This document shows, in pieces, positions 28,173 through 38,994 of a stretch of DNA of 64,000 bases. How positions within the stretch are numbered: position 1 is the stretch's first letter; each line of letters begins with the position of its first letter. The notes below the pieces were generated by a model. That model made no database searches. It was not told where the DNA came from and saw only the letters and a program-made list of their open reading frames with translations. The position numbers and the translations under genes are program-made. The DNA comes from Sedimentisphaeraceae bacterium JB056 (lineage in GTDB: Bacteria; Planctomycetota; Phycisphaerae; Sedimentisphaerales; Sedimentisphaeraceae). The stretch lies in contig JBITAJ010000029.1 of NCBI GenBank assembly GCA_044440125.1, positions 256,001-320,000 on the forward strand, in the 5' to 3' direction.

Positions 28173-29240
28173 TCACGATTGCTCAGCGATTACGATAACC
28201 GAATCCTTGTCGATGCTGATCCATACGGCATCGTCTGGATTGAAGTTGCCGGCTGTGGTTGAGAGCATAAGCGATTTCCACTTTTGCCCGTCACCGGTTT
28301 TAAGTTCTATCTGCGTCAGTTCGCCGAGATATGTTATTTCGGTGATAGCGGCTGTAAATACGTTGTCAGATTCGGGTTTTTCCGGCGATACTATTGTGTT
28401 TTCAGGACGCACACCACAACGCACTTTTTGACAATCAGGCATTTGCATGGTTGTGTGGATTATTCCAAGCGATGTCTTAGCGGAGTTTGTTCCGTTCTTT
28501 TCGCCGTTAATGAAGTTGCATTCTCCGATGAAGTTGGCAACGAATGATGTCTGCGGTTTCTGATATATTTGCCGCGGCGTGCCGATTTGCTCGATTACTC
28601 CGTTATTCATCACCGCGATTCTGTCGGCCATTGCCAGTGCTTCCTTCTGGTCGTGCGTTACGTATATAGCCGTATACCCGCTTTTTTTGACGAGCTTTCT
28701 TAGCTGTTGCCGCATCTGGAGACGCAATTTTGCGTCAAGGTTGCTTAGCGGTTCATCAAGAAGAAGGCAGTTTGGCCGCGATGTTATCGCACGTGCCAAA
28801 GCAACTCGCTGCTGTTGACCGCCTGATAGCTGGGTTGGTTTTCGTGATGCAAGATTTTCCATTTCGACCAGTTGTAGGCTTTTCAGGGCTTCTTCTTTTC
28901 GCTGATCCTTTGGGACAGCCTTTGTCTCAAGCCCGAATTCCGTGTTTTTTTGTACCGTCATGTGCGGCCAGAGTGCATAATTCTGGAATACCATAGCACT
29001 GTTGCGTTTGCCGGCTTCAAGGTTGGTTACATCCTTGCCGTTGAACAGAATCTTACCGGAAGTTGGTTCGATAAGACCGGCGATTATACGCAGCAGGGTT
29101 GTCTTGCCGCAGCCGCTTGGTCCCAGTAGAAAGAAGAATTCGCCCGGCTCGATTTCTATATCGATATTCTCAAGCACACGGGTTTCTTTCCTGCCGTTGC
29201 TGAAGCTTTTCTGTATGTTTTCAATCTTGATTCCAGTCAT
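28173..29240 (-). CDS. ABC transporter ATP-binding subunit (Fe3+/polyamine/sugar-phosphate class)
   Basis: GPSGCGKT, LSGGQQQRVALARA, DEPLSNLD and a C-terminal TOBE-like region. Confidence 0.93.
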   Translation of the reverse strand: MTGIKIENIQKSFSNGRKETRVLENIDIEIEPGEFFFLLGPSGCGKTTLLRIIAGLIEPTSGKILFNGKDVTNLEAGKRNSAMVFQNYALWPHMTVQKNTEFGLETKAVPKDQRKEEALKSLQLVEMENLASRKPTQLSGGQQQRVALARAITSRPNCLLLDEPLSNLDAKLRLQMRQQLRKLVKKSGYTAIYVTHDQKEALAMADRIAVMNNGVIEQIGTPRQIYQKPQTSFVANFIGECNFINGEKNGTNSAKTSLGIIHTTMQMPDCQKVRCGVRPENTIVSPEKPESDNVFTAAITEITYLGELTQIELKTGDGQKWKSLMLSTTAGNFNPDDAVWISIDKDSVIVIAEQS

Positions 29241-29337
29241 TTTTATTACGCTGCAAACTGTTTTCGGTTTTAAGTTTCAAATGATGATATCTTCTAATAA
29301 TACCACCATATCCAGCAAATACAATGTCAATATTGGG

Positions 29338-31053
29338 TTATGTTCTGAAAATTGCTCCGAGGCGTTTTCCCATTAGTAATGATGCAGTGAGCATTGAACC
29401 GCCGAGTATTATCATTCCTATTACGCCGAGGGCAGCGGCAATATTGATTGATTCGGGGCTTGCATCAAGCGTTGTATACATCTGTTTCGTTATGGGGTAA
29501 TGAGCCTGCTGCTGAGCAAGGACGAGCGAATCACTCACCTCAAGCATTGCGAATGAAAACGTAAGAACCGCAGCACCAATAATATTGGCACTTATCAGCG
29601 GTGTTGTGATCTGCCATATTGTTTTGAGCTTACCGGCTCCGAGATTGGCGGCCGCCATTTCGAGGCTTTCGGGTATCTGTTCAAGCCCGGAGCATACGCC
29701 GCGAACCACGAACGGCACGCGTCTGACAGAATAAGCGATTACGATAATCCAGAAGGGATTGTACATCGGGCCTATCTTCTCAAGCGGCGAGCCGATGACG
29801 GTAAGAGCGATATAACCGGCGGCAAGTATCAGCCCCGGCACTGCCAACGGAAGCATCATAAGCCCATCAAGCAGTCTGTATCCTTTAAGCTTACTGCGGA
29901 CAATCAGCCATGCGGCGGTTGTTCCGAGGGCTATATCAATCAGCGTTGAAACAGACGCATAGCGTATACTGTTGAGTATGCTTGTGCGTGTTTGCGGCTG
30001 AGTAAACGCGTATTTGATATACTTGATTGTGTAGCTCTCCGGCAACACGGAGTTTATCCATTTATCAGAGAAAGCCGTCAATACTACGCCAATATGCGGC
30101 AGTATGGCAGCGAAAATCACAATAATAAATAACAGCCATGTAAACACGGTTGCGATGGGTGAAAGTTTCTTTGTGTCGGCGGAGATGGAGGCTTTGGCTG
30201 AATCAACTTTTATCGGCTTGCCGAAGATGAATTTGCCCAACACGTAGAACAGTACCGATGCCAGAAGCAGGATTATCACAAATCCGTACGCACTGCCGTC
30301 AATGTTGGATTGTTTTAGCTCGTTGAATATTTTCACCGCCGCCAATTCGTTATAGTCGAAGATAAGCGGTGTGCCGATGTCGGTAAACGCCCAGATGAAT
30401 ACGATTGAACCACCGGCAAAGATTCCGGGGCGGATAAGCGGCAGCGTGATACGGAAAAATGTACGTAAGCGTGATGAGCCGCAGCTTCGGGCGGCCTCGT
30501 AATACATCGGATCGAGATTGGATAAGCTGGCGGTGAGGTTGAGATACATTATAGGAAACAGGTGGAGAGCCTGAAGTATGACAACCGCGGCAAACCCTGT
30601 GCCAAGCCAATCGTATGCGTTTGTGATGTCGATGATGCCAAGCTCTGCGAGCAGGCGATTTAGTGTACCGTGCTGGGCGAAGAATCGCTTTACCGAAAGA
30701 GCACCGACAAACGGCGGCAGTATCAGCGGCAGAAGCAGAAGCCCGCTGAGTATGTTGCGGCCGGCGAATTGTCTGCCGCTTGTGAGCAGAGCAAGCGGGA
30801 TGGATATTACAAGCACCGCAAACGAAGTATACAACGCCAGCAGGAAGCTGTTTGTCAGACAGCCCATCAGATACGGGTCGCTGAATATCGTCTTGAGCCA
30901 GTAGATACTCAAGTTTCCATCAAGCATCACGCCTTCTTTTACCGCCAGGCATATCGGGTAAAGAAAGAAGGCGGCGAAAAATGCGATGATAGCAAATTGC
31001 AGCCACGGTGCGGCGTTCAGAAAGCGGCGTTTTATGTTTGCGATTATTGGCAA
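29338..31053 (-). CDS. ABC transporter permease, FbpB/AfuB-like (duplicated TM domain)
   Basis: Two EAA loops (YEAARSCG, LEMAAANLGA), PPFVGA and DIGTPL. Confidence 0.9.
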   Translation of the reverse strand: MPIIANIKRRFLNAAPWLQFAIIAFFAAFFLYPICLAVKEGVMLDGNLSIYWLKTIFSDPYLMGCLTNSFLLALYTSFAVLVISIPLALLTSGRQFAGRNILSGLLLLPLILPPFVGALSVKRFFAQHGTLNRLLAELGIIDITNAYDWLGTGFAAVVILQALHLFPIMYLNLTASLSNLDPMYYEAARSCGSSRLRTFFRITLPLIRPGIFAGGSIVFIWAFTDIGTPLIFDYNELAAVKIFNELKQSNIDGSAYGFVIILLLASVLFYVLGKFIFGKPIKVDSAKASISADTKKLSPIATVFTWLLFIIVIFAAILPHIGVVLTAFSDKWINSVLPESYTIKYIKYAFTQPQTRTSILNSIRYASVSTLIDIALGTTAAWLIVRSKLKGYRLLDGLMMLPLAVPGLILAAGYIALTVIGSPLEKIGPMYNPFWIIVIAYSVRRVPFVVRGVCSGLEQIPESLEMAAANLGAGKLKTIWQITTPLISANIIGAAVLTFSFAMLEVSDSLVLAQQQAHYPITKQMYTTLDASPESINIAAALGVIGMIILGGSMLTASLLMGKRLGAIFRT

Positions 31054-31071
31054 GTGCGTGTCCTCTTTCGA

Positions 31072-32418
31072 TTACTGCTGAGATTGCGAGATAATGTCGG
31101 CGTATTTCTCACGGTAGAATTGTGCCCATTTGCGGCGGAGTTGTTGACGATAGGTGTCATCCGCGAGCTTGCCGTGAACCTCTTTGAGCTGCTCAACGGC
31201 AGTTATCTCTTCGGGCAGTTCGTAGAATTTGTCTTTAAGCGACTGATTGTCAGTGCTGTCGATTATCGTTTTGACTTTGTGCAGACTGCCGCCGGCATCA
31301 ATCGCCGCCGCTCTTACCAGCTCGATCATTACATCATAACGCTGCGTACGCAAATCCGCATCAACGTTTATCGGGTCGCTGCTGTATGGTTTGACCAGCC
31401 ACTCAGGCATTTTGTCGGCATACTTATTGTAGAAATCCTTGCGAATCGGCGGTCTGTTTAGGCAGCTTTGCTCAGGGCCAAGCTCTTCGCCTGGTTTCAA
31501 TCCCCACAACGCCTGCCCTTCAAAGCTTAGGACATAGTCAACAAAGCGGATGGCTGTTTGGCTGTCTGGTGGATTCTTGAGTATTGAAATAGGGTCGGGT
31601 GTGAAGCCGGTTCCGTTTTTCGGGCTTACGTATCCGAGTTTGTCGGGAGCCTGCACCACCGCAAGGGCTCCATAATAATCGATGCATGCGGCAATCACCG
31701 CTTCACCGATAACGGGGGCGTTTGTGGCGGCACTGCTGCTGCTTGTAAACTTCTTGGCGTTGGCAAGCAGATTCAAAAGCTTTTGCCATCCCTTGTGCCA
31801 ATCGCTTTCCGATTGCAGTATCATCTCGTATGCCGCGGCAATTGATGATGACTGGCTCGGGTCGGCAAGCATGATTTGTCCGCAATATTCTTCTTTGCCA
31901 AGATCGCTCCAGCTTTCGGGCTTATTGAGATTTAACTGGCTGAGCAGTTCCTTGTTGTATAGAAAGCCGAAACTGCTGAGGACAGTGCCATGCCAGAGAT
32001 GATCTTTATCATAGAGCCTTGAACCGCCGAAAACTTCCGGAACGGCGGCAAGATAGTCGTCTGCCGGCTGGTATGCCTGAAGCAGTCCTTCGGCGGCGAG
32101 ATACTGATGCGGATTTTCACCGGCTCCGTAGAGGATGTCTATGCCGCTGCTCTCGCTGCGAGAGTAGACATTGCGGATATAGCTGAGGATGGCACTGCCG
32201 CCGCCTCCGATATTACGCCAATCAACTTCGACATCTTTGCCGTATTTGTCGAGATAGTATTTTTTGAACCCTCTTTCGAGTTCGTATTTTATATTGTCGC
32301 TGTGCGGACTCATTATCACTACCTTATCGACTTGCGGCTTGGATTGCTCCTTGCACCCGCAAACGAATGATAATGCCAAAACTATTACAAAGAATGCTGA
32401 TATCAAATGTTTATGCAA
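31072..32418 (-). CDS. ABC transporter substrate-binding lipoprotein (Fe3+/AfuA-like class)
   Basis: Lipobox-like VCGC, MSPH, ADPSQSSS, PDPISIL and FVDYVLSFEGQ. Confidence 0.85.
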   Translation of the reverse strand: MHKHLISAFFVIVLALSFVCGCKEQSKPQVDKVVIMSPHSDNIKYELERGFKKYYLDKYGKDVEVDWRNIGGGGSAILSYIRNVYSRSESSGIDILYGAGENPHQYLAAEGLLQAYQPADDYLAAVPEVFGGSRLYDKDHLWHGTVLSSFGFLYNKELLSQLNLNKPESWSDLGKEEYCGQIMLADPSQSSSIAAAYEMILQSESDWHKGWQKLLNLLANAKKFTSSSSAATNAPVIGEAVIAACIDYYGALAVVQAPDKLGYVSPKNGTGFTPDPISILKNPPDSQTAIRFVDYVLSFEGQALWGLKPGEELGPEQSCLNRPPIRKDFYNKYADKMPEWLVKPYSSDPINVDADLRTQRYDVMIELVRAAAIDAGGSLHKVKTIIDSTDNQSLKDKFYELPEEITAVEQLKEVHGKLADDTYRQQLRRKWAQFYREKYADIISQSQQ

Positions 32419-32716
32419 AATATACCTGCCTTTCGCTTATCATTTCATCAGTAAATTAATTCTTCAACTCCAATTTTAGAATATAGGTGTTCCAAATTCA
32501 TTAGATATCTTAATATATACTGAAAATCAAGCAAAACAATCCTCTTTTTTAGAAAATATCAGATGATATATCAAGATTTGCATTTAATTCAAACTTGACG
32601 TAAAGCATCGCTAAGCTGTGATTATACAATCTTTGTTTTTCTCTTTGTTGTTGACTGTGCTAAGTAAGATAGTATTATTTAGTAAAGATATGCTAATATT
32701 ATTTTGAGGTGCGAGC

Positions 32717-33853
32717 TTGATGGAAAATATTGGAGAGATAAAAAAGAAGTATTACTGGCTTTTGGGGCTTAATATGCTGGTTTTGGTGTTGAAGCTGATA
32801 TCAGTAAAAATGTCTGCAAGTATAATTCCTGGAGAAGTTTATGACCCTGCAATTGAGTACATTAATCAGAAGATAAGTAATACTCCAATGCTTTTAAGTT
32901 GGGCAATCGGCTGGCTTCATCGTTTTATGCCGATTATTTATGCCCTGTCAATATTGGGTTTGTTTGTTGGGATTGTTAATGCACGTAGGTTTTACGTGTT
33001 TGTTGTGTGCGCAAATGTCTTATTGCTTCTGATTCCATTTACAACATTTTGTTTGTCGACAAACTATGTTGCATTTCTTGCAGCGATTGGTCATATTATA
33101 GAAGGAATTGTGATATATTTAATTTTCTGGGGTAAGGCGGCGGTTTTATTTGAGAGTAACGAATTGTGGCAGATGAAAAGAAGTCTGGCAAAGCCAGCAT
33201 TTTTTCAAACACCAAAGGGCCGTAAAGTCGGGAATTACCTGTTAGTAGTAATTGTGGTACTCATTATTTCTTTATTAACAGTAGCAATAACCGGTATAGG
33301 TTCTATGCCAAGTCTCTTGAATACACCTGATGAATTTGTGATAAAAGGGTTTAATAATCGCGTTATGCGAAAGTATGATTTGTCTTCTAAGACGATTGTT
33401 AATGAGTTTTTCAGTTTGACATCACCGAATGGATGGCACACACAAGATTGTGATAACAGACCATCTATAAATATTTCCAACCGCTTTTGGAGAGAATTAC
33501 CCGAAGACGATTTCTTTCTTGAACCCCGAATTACCTTTTCTGATATCTCAGGGTTACCTGACAAGAAACCAGATGAATCAATTCCCGGTGGTTTGTATAA
33601 TTTTCTTATGGATAATCCTGAAACAGAAACTTTTGAGAAGGACATCAACGGAAAATCTGCGAATGTATTCAGGTACAGCGGCAATAAAAGCTGGCATTTT
33701 CGCATGGAAGATATGACGGCAACTAATGAGACTGTTTCAACAACAATATTAGTTGAATTTGAGGGTATTGATTACGGCTTTATTTTCTGGGGATTTGAAG
33801 AGGATGAAACGGTATTTTGGGATTGTCTAAGTTCTATAAATTGGAAAGAATAG
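32717..33853 (+). CDS. Hypothetical membrane protein (multi-TM N-terminus, soluble C-terminal domain)
   Basis: Long ORF after a GAGG RBS, with several hydrophobic segments and no recognised motif. Confidence 0.6.
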   Translation: MMENIGEIKKKYYWLLGLNMLVLVLKLISVKMSASIIPGEVYDPAIEYINQKISNTPMLLSWAIGWLHRFMPIIYALSILGLFVGIVNARRFYVFVVCANVLLLLIPFTTFCLSTNYVAFLAAIGHIIEGIVIYLIFWGKAAVLFESNELWQMKRSLAKPAFFQTPKGRKVGNYLLVVIVVLIISLLTVAITGIGSMPSLLNTPDEFVIKGFNNRVMRKYDLSSKTIVNEFFSLTSPNGWHTQDCDNRPSINISNRFWRELPEDDFFLEPRITFSDISGLPDKKPDESIPGGLYNFLMDNPETETFEKDINGKSANVFRYSGNKSWHFRMEDMTATNETVSTTILVEFEGIDYGFIFWGFEEDETVFWDCLSSINWKE

Positions 33854-33857
33854 ACTA

Positions 33858-34349
33858 ATGTTTAACTGGATAATATGGATTATTATTGGGATTTTATCGT
33901 TACTGCTGAGTTTGCTTTGCAAATCTAAAATCAGAAGTAACAAGTACTCTAAAACATTAATATCTTGCTTGAGATTAATCAATATTTGCTTAAAAGTTGT
34001 ATTAGTAATTTCAATAATATGTCTATTATGCCTTGTACTTCGTTTTGTGTTAATCGCTACAACACCTTACGATGACTATTTCACAATTAAAAATCAATCA
34101 GGTGTTGATATTAGAAAAATAAGCATAGAAGTTGCAGGACAGATATTTGTTGAAGAGAATCTACGATCCAATGAAACAGTAAGATTCAGATATAGAGCAT
34201 TATATGACTCTCATTATACTATCCAAATAGAATATTGTGATGGTAAAATATTAGAAGACGGTTTTGGATATGTCACTGGTGGTTTAGTTTGTGATGACAA
34301 AATTATTATTCAACCTGATAAAGTTGAATTTGAATCCAATACAAAATAA
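33858..34349 (+). CDS. Hypothetical membrane-anchored protein
   Basis: Two N-terminal hydrophobic helices and a small beta-rich domain; starts a few bases after the upstream ORF. Confidence 0.55.
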   Translation: MFNWIIWIIIGILSLLLSLLCKSKIRSNKYSKTLISCLRLINICLKVVLVISIICLLCLVLRFVLIATTPYDDYFTIKNQSGVDIRKISIEVAGQIFVEENLRSNETVRFRYRALYDSHYTIQIEYCDGKILEDGFGYVTGGLVCDDKIIIQPDKVEFESNTK

Positions 34350-34438
34350 GGGATAGATGTTTTTTGAAGCAGATTCATGGTGTCTCATTTTTACTGAAGA
34401 TGCCGGATTTCGTATCTGCCGATACAATCATATTTTAT

Positions 34439-34630
34439 TCACATATGATTGTAATGTTTGTCAGTTTTCCAATTTATAGGGTTCTTTTCGATATATTCGA
34501 CAATTTTACCATATTTCTCTTGGTTTCTGATAATCCTGTCGTAATACGAATTTTGCCACAATCCATTATGATTTGAGGCAATAATTTGATTATACCGTCG
34601 CGTCGTAACTGATTTAAACCCACGCACCAA
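34439..34630 (-). pseudogene. C-terminal remnant of a REP-associated tyrosine (Y1/RAYT) transposase
   Basis: VRGFKSVTT...LWQNSYYDRIIRN...IVEYIEKNPINW matches the RAYT C-terminus; the N-terminal HUH part is missing. Confidence 0.8.
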
Positions 34631-34635
34631 CCCCT

Positions 34636-34661
34636 GTAGGGAATGTCGTTCTCGATGTTCC
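34636..34661 (+). repeat. GTAG-type REP-like palindrome
   Basis: GTAG followed by the hairpin GGAATGTCG-TTCT-CGATGTTCC, adjacent to the RAYT remnant. Confidence 0.65.
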
Positions 34662-34666
34662 GTTTA

Positions 34667-35320
34667 CTACATTTCGACGGAGGTTAGACCTTCCTGGATG
34701 GCGTATTTAGTTAGCTGGGCGACATTGTCTATCTCAAGTTTATTCATTACGTTGAGGCGGTGTGCTTCAACTGTCTTGGGGCTGATGTACAGTGAGTTAG
34801 CTATTTGCTTTGTGGTATTTCCTTCGGCTATCATCTGCAATACCTGCCTTTCCCTCTGTGTGAGGGTTGAGAATACAGAGGATGAGTCCTTGTCATCAGA
34901 TCGGACAAAATTGTCGATAACGACATCGCTTATTGAAGGGCTTAGATATGTCTGGCCGTCAGCTACTATTCGTATTGCCTTAAGCAATTCTTCAAATTCA
35001 CAATCTTTTAACAGGTAGGCGCTTGCGCCTGCTTTCAGCATTTCTGAAACGAACCTCTTCGATGAATGCATTGAGAGTGCGATTATTTTGATATCGGGAT
35101 TGTCGTGCAGTATTTCTCTTGCGGCTTCAAAGCCATTGAGCAGCGGCATGCTTATATCCATTATGATTATATCTGGTTTCAGCTTGAATGCCAGGTCAAC
35201 TGTCATACGGCCATCGCTGGCGTTGCCTACCACCTTCATGTCGTCTTGTTGCTGTATAGATTCACCGAGTCCGTGGCGGACTATAGCATGGTCATCAGCA
35301 AGCAATATTTTGATATTCAT
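34667..35320 (-). CDS. NarL/LuxR family response regulator
   Basis: ADDH, DISMP and YLLK receiver motifs; LTQRERQVL...ISPKTVEAHR HTH. Confidence 0.95.
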   Translation of the reverse strand: MNIKILLADDHAIVRHGLGESIQQQDDMKVVGNASDGRMTVDLAFKLKPDIIIMDISMPLLNGFEAAREILHDNPDIKIIALSMHSSKRFVSEMLKAGASAYLLKDCEFEELLKAIRIVADGQTYLSPSISDVVIDNFVRSDDKDSSSVFSTLTQRERQVLQMIAEGNTTKQIANSLYISPKTVEAHRLNVMNKLEIDNVAQLTKYAIQEGLTSVEM

Positions 35321-35512
35321 AACGGGTTTTGCTCCTTTTCCTAACCTTAATAGTAGAAACGCAGGCTTAATTAAGCCTTTTTCCCATCTTCTATAAGGAT
35401 TTTACTTATTTTCTCCAATCAATAATGATTATATACTTGGGAAACAGAAACATCAATAAAGAAATCATCTAAAATTGTGTTTTGTCTAAAACCATGCCTC
35501 TAAAAAGTTGAA

Positions 35513-36469
35513 TTATTGCTTTTGTGATTTATTCTTGGTTGTCTGGTCTATTGCCACAGCGGCTATGATTATCGCACCTATGACTATCAATTGCACATTT
35601 GTTGATATTCCAAGTATTGTGCAGCCATTTCTCAAGAAGCTTATAAGCAGGGTACCGATTATGGTTCCTGTTATGGTTCCCTGACCGCCAGCCAAGCTTG
35701 CTCCTCCTATAACGACCGCGGCGATTATATCCAGTTCAAGAGACAGGCCGGCTGTTGGTTGGGCGGAAATTGTACGGCTTGTCGCTATCATCGAGGCCAG
35801 ACCGACGAGCAGACCCGTAAATGCGTATATCTTTATGAGGTTTGCCTTTACGTTGATTCCACAGTGGTATGAGGCTTCGGTATTGGACCCTATTGCGTAG
35901 GTGTAGCGGCCGAATTTTGTGTATTTAAGCATTAACCCCGCTACGATGATGCAAATCGCGAATATTATTACCGAAACCGGTATTCCTAATATTAATCCTT
36001 CGCCTAAGTATTTGTATGATGGTACGTTAAATGGCTGTCCATCATTCATTACGTATGATATTCCCCTGAACATGCTCATAGTACCGAGGGTTACGATAAA
36101 TGGTGGGAGTTTTAGCCGTGTTATCAGCGAGCCGTTTATCAGTCCGCAAATAAGGCCGATCACTATGCCGACTAATGTGCCGAGAAGCATAACAGGGGCT
36201 GTGCAAACTCCGTCGTTTCCCATGGACACCATTACCCATGCTCCGCACATACCTGATAGTGCCATCATCGAGCCGACTGAAAGGTCGATTCCCGCTGATA
36301 TTATGATACTTGTCATTCCGATGGCGATTATCCCGTTAACGCTCGATCGCCTCAGGACATTCAGGAAGTTGTCGATTGTCAGGAACGTATCGGGTTTGAG
36401 AGCCGAGAGGACTCCTATCAGTAACAGCAGCGTACCAAACGGCAGAAGTTGTTTTGCGAATTTATCCAT
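35513..36469 (-). CDS. Monosaccharide ABC transporter permease (RbsC-like)
   Basis: GIDLSVGS, PPFIVTLG and ELDIIAAVVIGGASLAGG. Confidence 0.93.
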   Translation of the reverse strand: MDKFAKQLLPFGTLLLLIGVLSALKPDTFLTIDNFLNVLRRSSVNGIIAIGMTSIIISAGIDLSVGSMMALSGMCGAWVMVSMGNDGVCTAPVMLLGTLVGIVIGLICGLINGSLITRLKLPPFIVTLGTMSMFRGISYVMNDGQPFNVPSYKYLGEGLILGIPVSVIIFAICIIVAGLMLKYTKFGRYTYAIGSNTEASYHCGINVKANLIKIYAFTGLLVGLASMIATSRTISAQPTAGLSLELDIIAAVVIGGASLAGGQGTITGTIIGTLLISFLRNGCTILGISTNVQLIVIGAIIIAAVAIDQTTKNKSQKQ

Positions 36470-36496
36470 TTTAACTCCAAAATGTTGCTTTATAAC

Positions 36497-37999
36497 TTAT
36501 TCGGGTTGTTCAAGAGCTGCAAAGTGCATCACTTCATCAGCGTTTGTTTCTTTTGTTATCAGCTCTGCCGCGAGAGTTCCACGTCTCATGACCAGCATTC
36601 GATCGGTTATGCCGAATAACTCGGGCAGTTCCGATGATATTATCAGGATTGCTTTTCCATTATCGGCAAGTTCGTTCAGCAGTTCGTAAACCTCTTTTTT
36701 GGCTCCGATATCAATGCCGCGCGTGGGTTCATCAAATATGAGGAAGCTGCTTGAAGCCATAAGCCATCTGGCGATAAGAAGCTTCTGTTGGTTTCCACCG
36801 CTAAGAGAGGATGCGGGAGCTTGAGGACCGGCCCACTTGATATTCATCTTATTTACTATTTTTTCAGTGATTTTATCTTCTTCCGAGGGTTTGAGTATGC
36901 CGTTCGGTGCCGTCTTGTTGAGATTTGAAAGCGTTATATTCCAACTGCACGGCAGATTGAGGCACAATCCCGTGTTTTTTCTATCCTCAGTTAAAAGAGC
37001 TATGCCGTTATTGATAGCATCGGCAGGGCTTTTGATGTTTACATCTTTGCCTTTTATGCTTATTTGTCCTTTGGTAAGCGGCTCTATTCCAAAAATAGTG
37101 TTGGCTATCTCGGTTCTTCCTGCACCTACCAGACCGGCCATGCCGACTATCTCGCCTTCACGAACCTCGAAGCTTATGTCTTTTATCCCATTATCGGCAC
37201 ATAAAGACTGGGCTCTCAGCCATGTTTTGCCTATTTTAGGTGTTCTCTGCGGATAGAAATCACTCAGCTCACGGCCGACCATATGATGGACTATGGTTGG
37301 TATGTCAAGCTCACTCATTGGTGAGGTCTTGACCACTTCGCCGTCCCTTAGTATCGTTACATCATCGGCTAAGTGTTCTATTTCCTCAAGTCTGTGGGAG
37401 ATGTATACGATAGAAATGCCATTTGAGCGAAGGTCTTTTATTACCCGGAACAGCTTTTCTGTTTCATGCTCTGAAAGTGATGAAGTTGGTTCGTCCATCA
37501 CAATTACAGATGCGTTTCGCCGGAGTGCTTTCAGAATTTCGACTATCTGGCAGTCACCGGTTGCAAGGTCTGCTACCTTCGCCTGAGGGTCAATATCGAA
37601 TCCATAATCAACTGAGAGTTTTTCCGTTGCTTTGTTAATCTGTGATGGAGATAAAAATAAATTCCCTATGCCGCCTACAGGCTCTGAGCCCAGAAATACG
37701 TTTTCAGCGACTGTGAGGTCAGGAGCAAGGTCCAGTTCCTGATATATCATTGATATTCCTGCATCTATGGCATCAGAGGGCTCTTTAAGGTTGGCTATAG
37801 TGCCATCTATCTCGATACTGCCGGTATCAGGTTTGTGTACTCCGGCAAGTACTTTCATGAGCGTGGATTTGCCAGCCCCATTTTCACCAACCAAGGCGTT
37901 GACGGTACCTTTTTTGACCTCAAAGCTGACGTTTCGAAGTGCCTGTACCGGTCCGAAACGTTTGCTTATCTGCGACATCTTCAATATTCTGTCTTTCAT
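36497..37999 (-). CDS. Monosaccharide ABC transporter ATP-binding protein (RbsA-like, two NBDs)
   Basis: GENGAGKSTL, DEPTSSL, LSGGNQQK and DEPTRGIDIGAK. Confidence 0.95.
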   Translation of the reverse strand: MKDRILKMSQISKRFGPVQALRNVSFEVKKGTVNALVGENGAGKSTLMKVLAGVHKPDTGSIEIDGTIANLKEPSDAIDAGISMIYQELDLAPDLTVAENVFLGSEPVGGIGNLFLSPSQINKATEKLSVDYGFDIDPQAKVADLATGDCQIVEILKALRRNASVIVMDEPTSSLSEHETEKLFRVIKDLRSNGISIVYISHRLEEIEHLADDVTILRDGEVVKTSPMSELDIPTIVHHMVGRELSDFYPQRTPKIGKTWLRAQSLCADNGIKDISFEVREGEIVGMAGLVGAGRTEIANTIFGIEPLTKGQISIKGKDVNIKSPADAINNGIALLTEDRKNTGLCLNLPCSWNITLSNLNKTAPNGILKPSEEDKITEKIVNKMNIKWAGPQAPASSLSGGNQQKLLIARWLMASSSFLIFDEPTRGIDIGAKKEVYELLNELADNGKAILIISSELPELFGITDRMLVMRRGTLAAELITKETNADEVMHFAALEQPE

Positions 38000-38034
38000 T
38001 TGCGTGCTCCCTTATTAGAGGCTGGATTTGCAGG

Positions 38035-38994
38035 CTACTGATTTTGAAGCTTAAGCAGTGAGCTTATTTCCGGCTGATCCATATTGTCTTGGGTGACAAC
38101 TGTAACTCCGGTGTCTATTCTCTTGGGGATCTGTTTGCCTTTTTTGCTTTCAAGTATTGCCTTTACGCCTTCATATCCCATCTTATATGGATTCTGCACA
38201 ATTAATGAGTCGATTGTACCTTCTTTAAGTGCTTTAACGAGGGCATCTTCTGCATCAAAACCAACCATCTTGATTTCTGTTCGCTGTTGGCCCATCAACG
38301 CACGCATTGCACCGACCGAAGTTGAGGCATTGCAAGCGTAGAGACCTTGAACATTCTGATTTCTTGTGAGCATATCTTCTGTAGTCTGAAGGGCGGTTTC
38401 AACAGTTGCCATTCCGTATTGGGAGTCGACGATTGTGATATCCGGGAATTCTTTTTCGATTGTCTCAATGAATCCGTCTTCACGGTTTGTCGTTGAGGCA
38501 GAACCTTGCGCATATTTTACAACGATCACATTACCAACACCGCCGAGTATCTTGCCCATTCGTCTTGCCGCCATTACGCCGCCGGCATAATTATCTGTTG
38601 CGACAAAACTTAAATATTTATCTGTCTGGACATTGGAATCTATTATAACACATGGGATGTTGTTTTTGTGCAGTTTTTCAACCAGAGGTACGAGGGCTTT
38701 GTCATCAAGCGGTGCTAATACTATACCGGATACTTTCTTTATTACGAAATCTTCTACGATCTGTATCTGTTTTTCCCTGTCAGTCTCTATTTCCGGCGCG
38801 TTCCAGTATATCCTTGCCCCGAATTCATTTCCTGCTTCCTCTGCTCCTTTGTGAACAAATTTCCAGAAATCATGCGTCATTCCTTTTGGTATGACCGCAA
38901 TAGACGGTTGTGATACACTTTTGCCTTTTCTTATGAAACCAATTGTCATAAGTATGACAAACACAACTACGATAACAGTAAAACTTTTATGCAT
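38035..38994 (-). CDS. Monosaccharide ABC transporter substrate-binding protein (RbsB-like)
   Basis: IPKG..HDFW, VATDNYAGG and VQNPYKMGY. Confidence 0.92.
   Translation of the reverse strand: MHKSFTVIVVVFVILMTIGFIRKGKSVSQPSIAVIPKGMTHDFWKFVHKGAEEAGNEFGARIYWNAPEIETDREKQIQIVEDFVIKKVSGIVLAPLDDKALVPLVEKLHKNNIPCVIIDSNVQTDKYLSFVATDNYAGGVMAARRMGKILGGVGNVIVVKYAQGSASTTNREDGFIETIEKEFPDITIVDSQYGMATVETALQTTEDMLTRNQNVQGLYACNASTSVGAMRALMGQQRTEIKMVGFDAEDALVKALKEGTIDSLIVQNPYKMGYEGVKAILESKKGKQIPKRIDTGVTVVTQDNMDQPEISSLLKLQNQ

Noticed and set aside
30670..31461. 263-aa + strand ORF (likewise 35919-36689 and 22885-23568)
   Set aside because: Antisense to clearly identified ABC, regulator or aldolase genes; no recognisable domain.
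34364..34576. 70-aa + strand ORF
   Set aside because: Antisense to the RAYT remnant, with no independent support.
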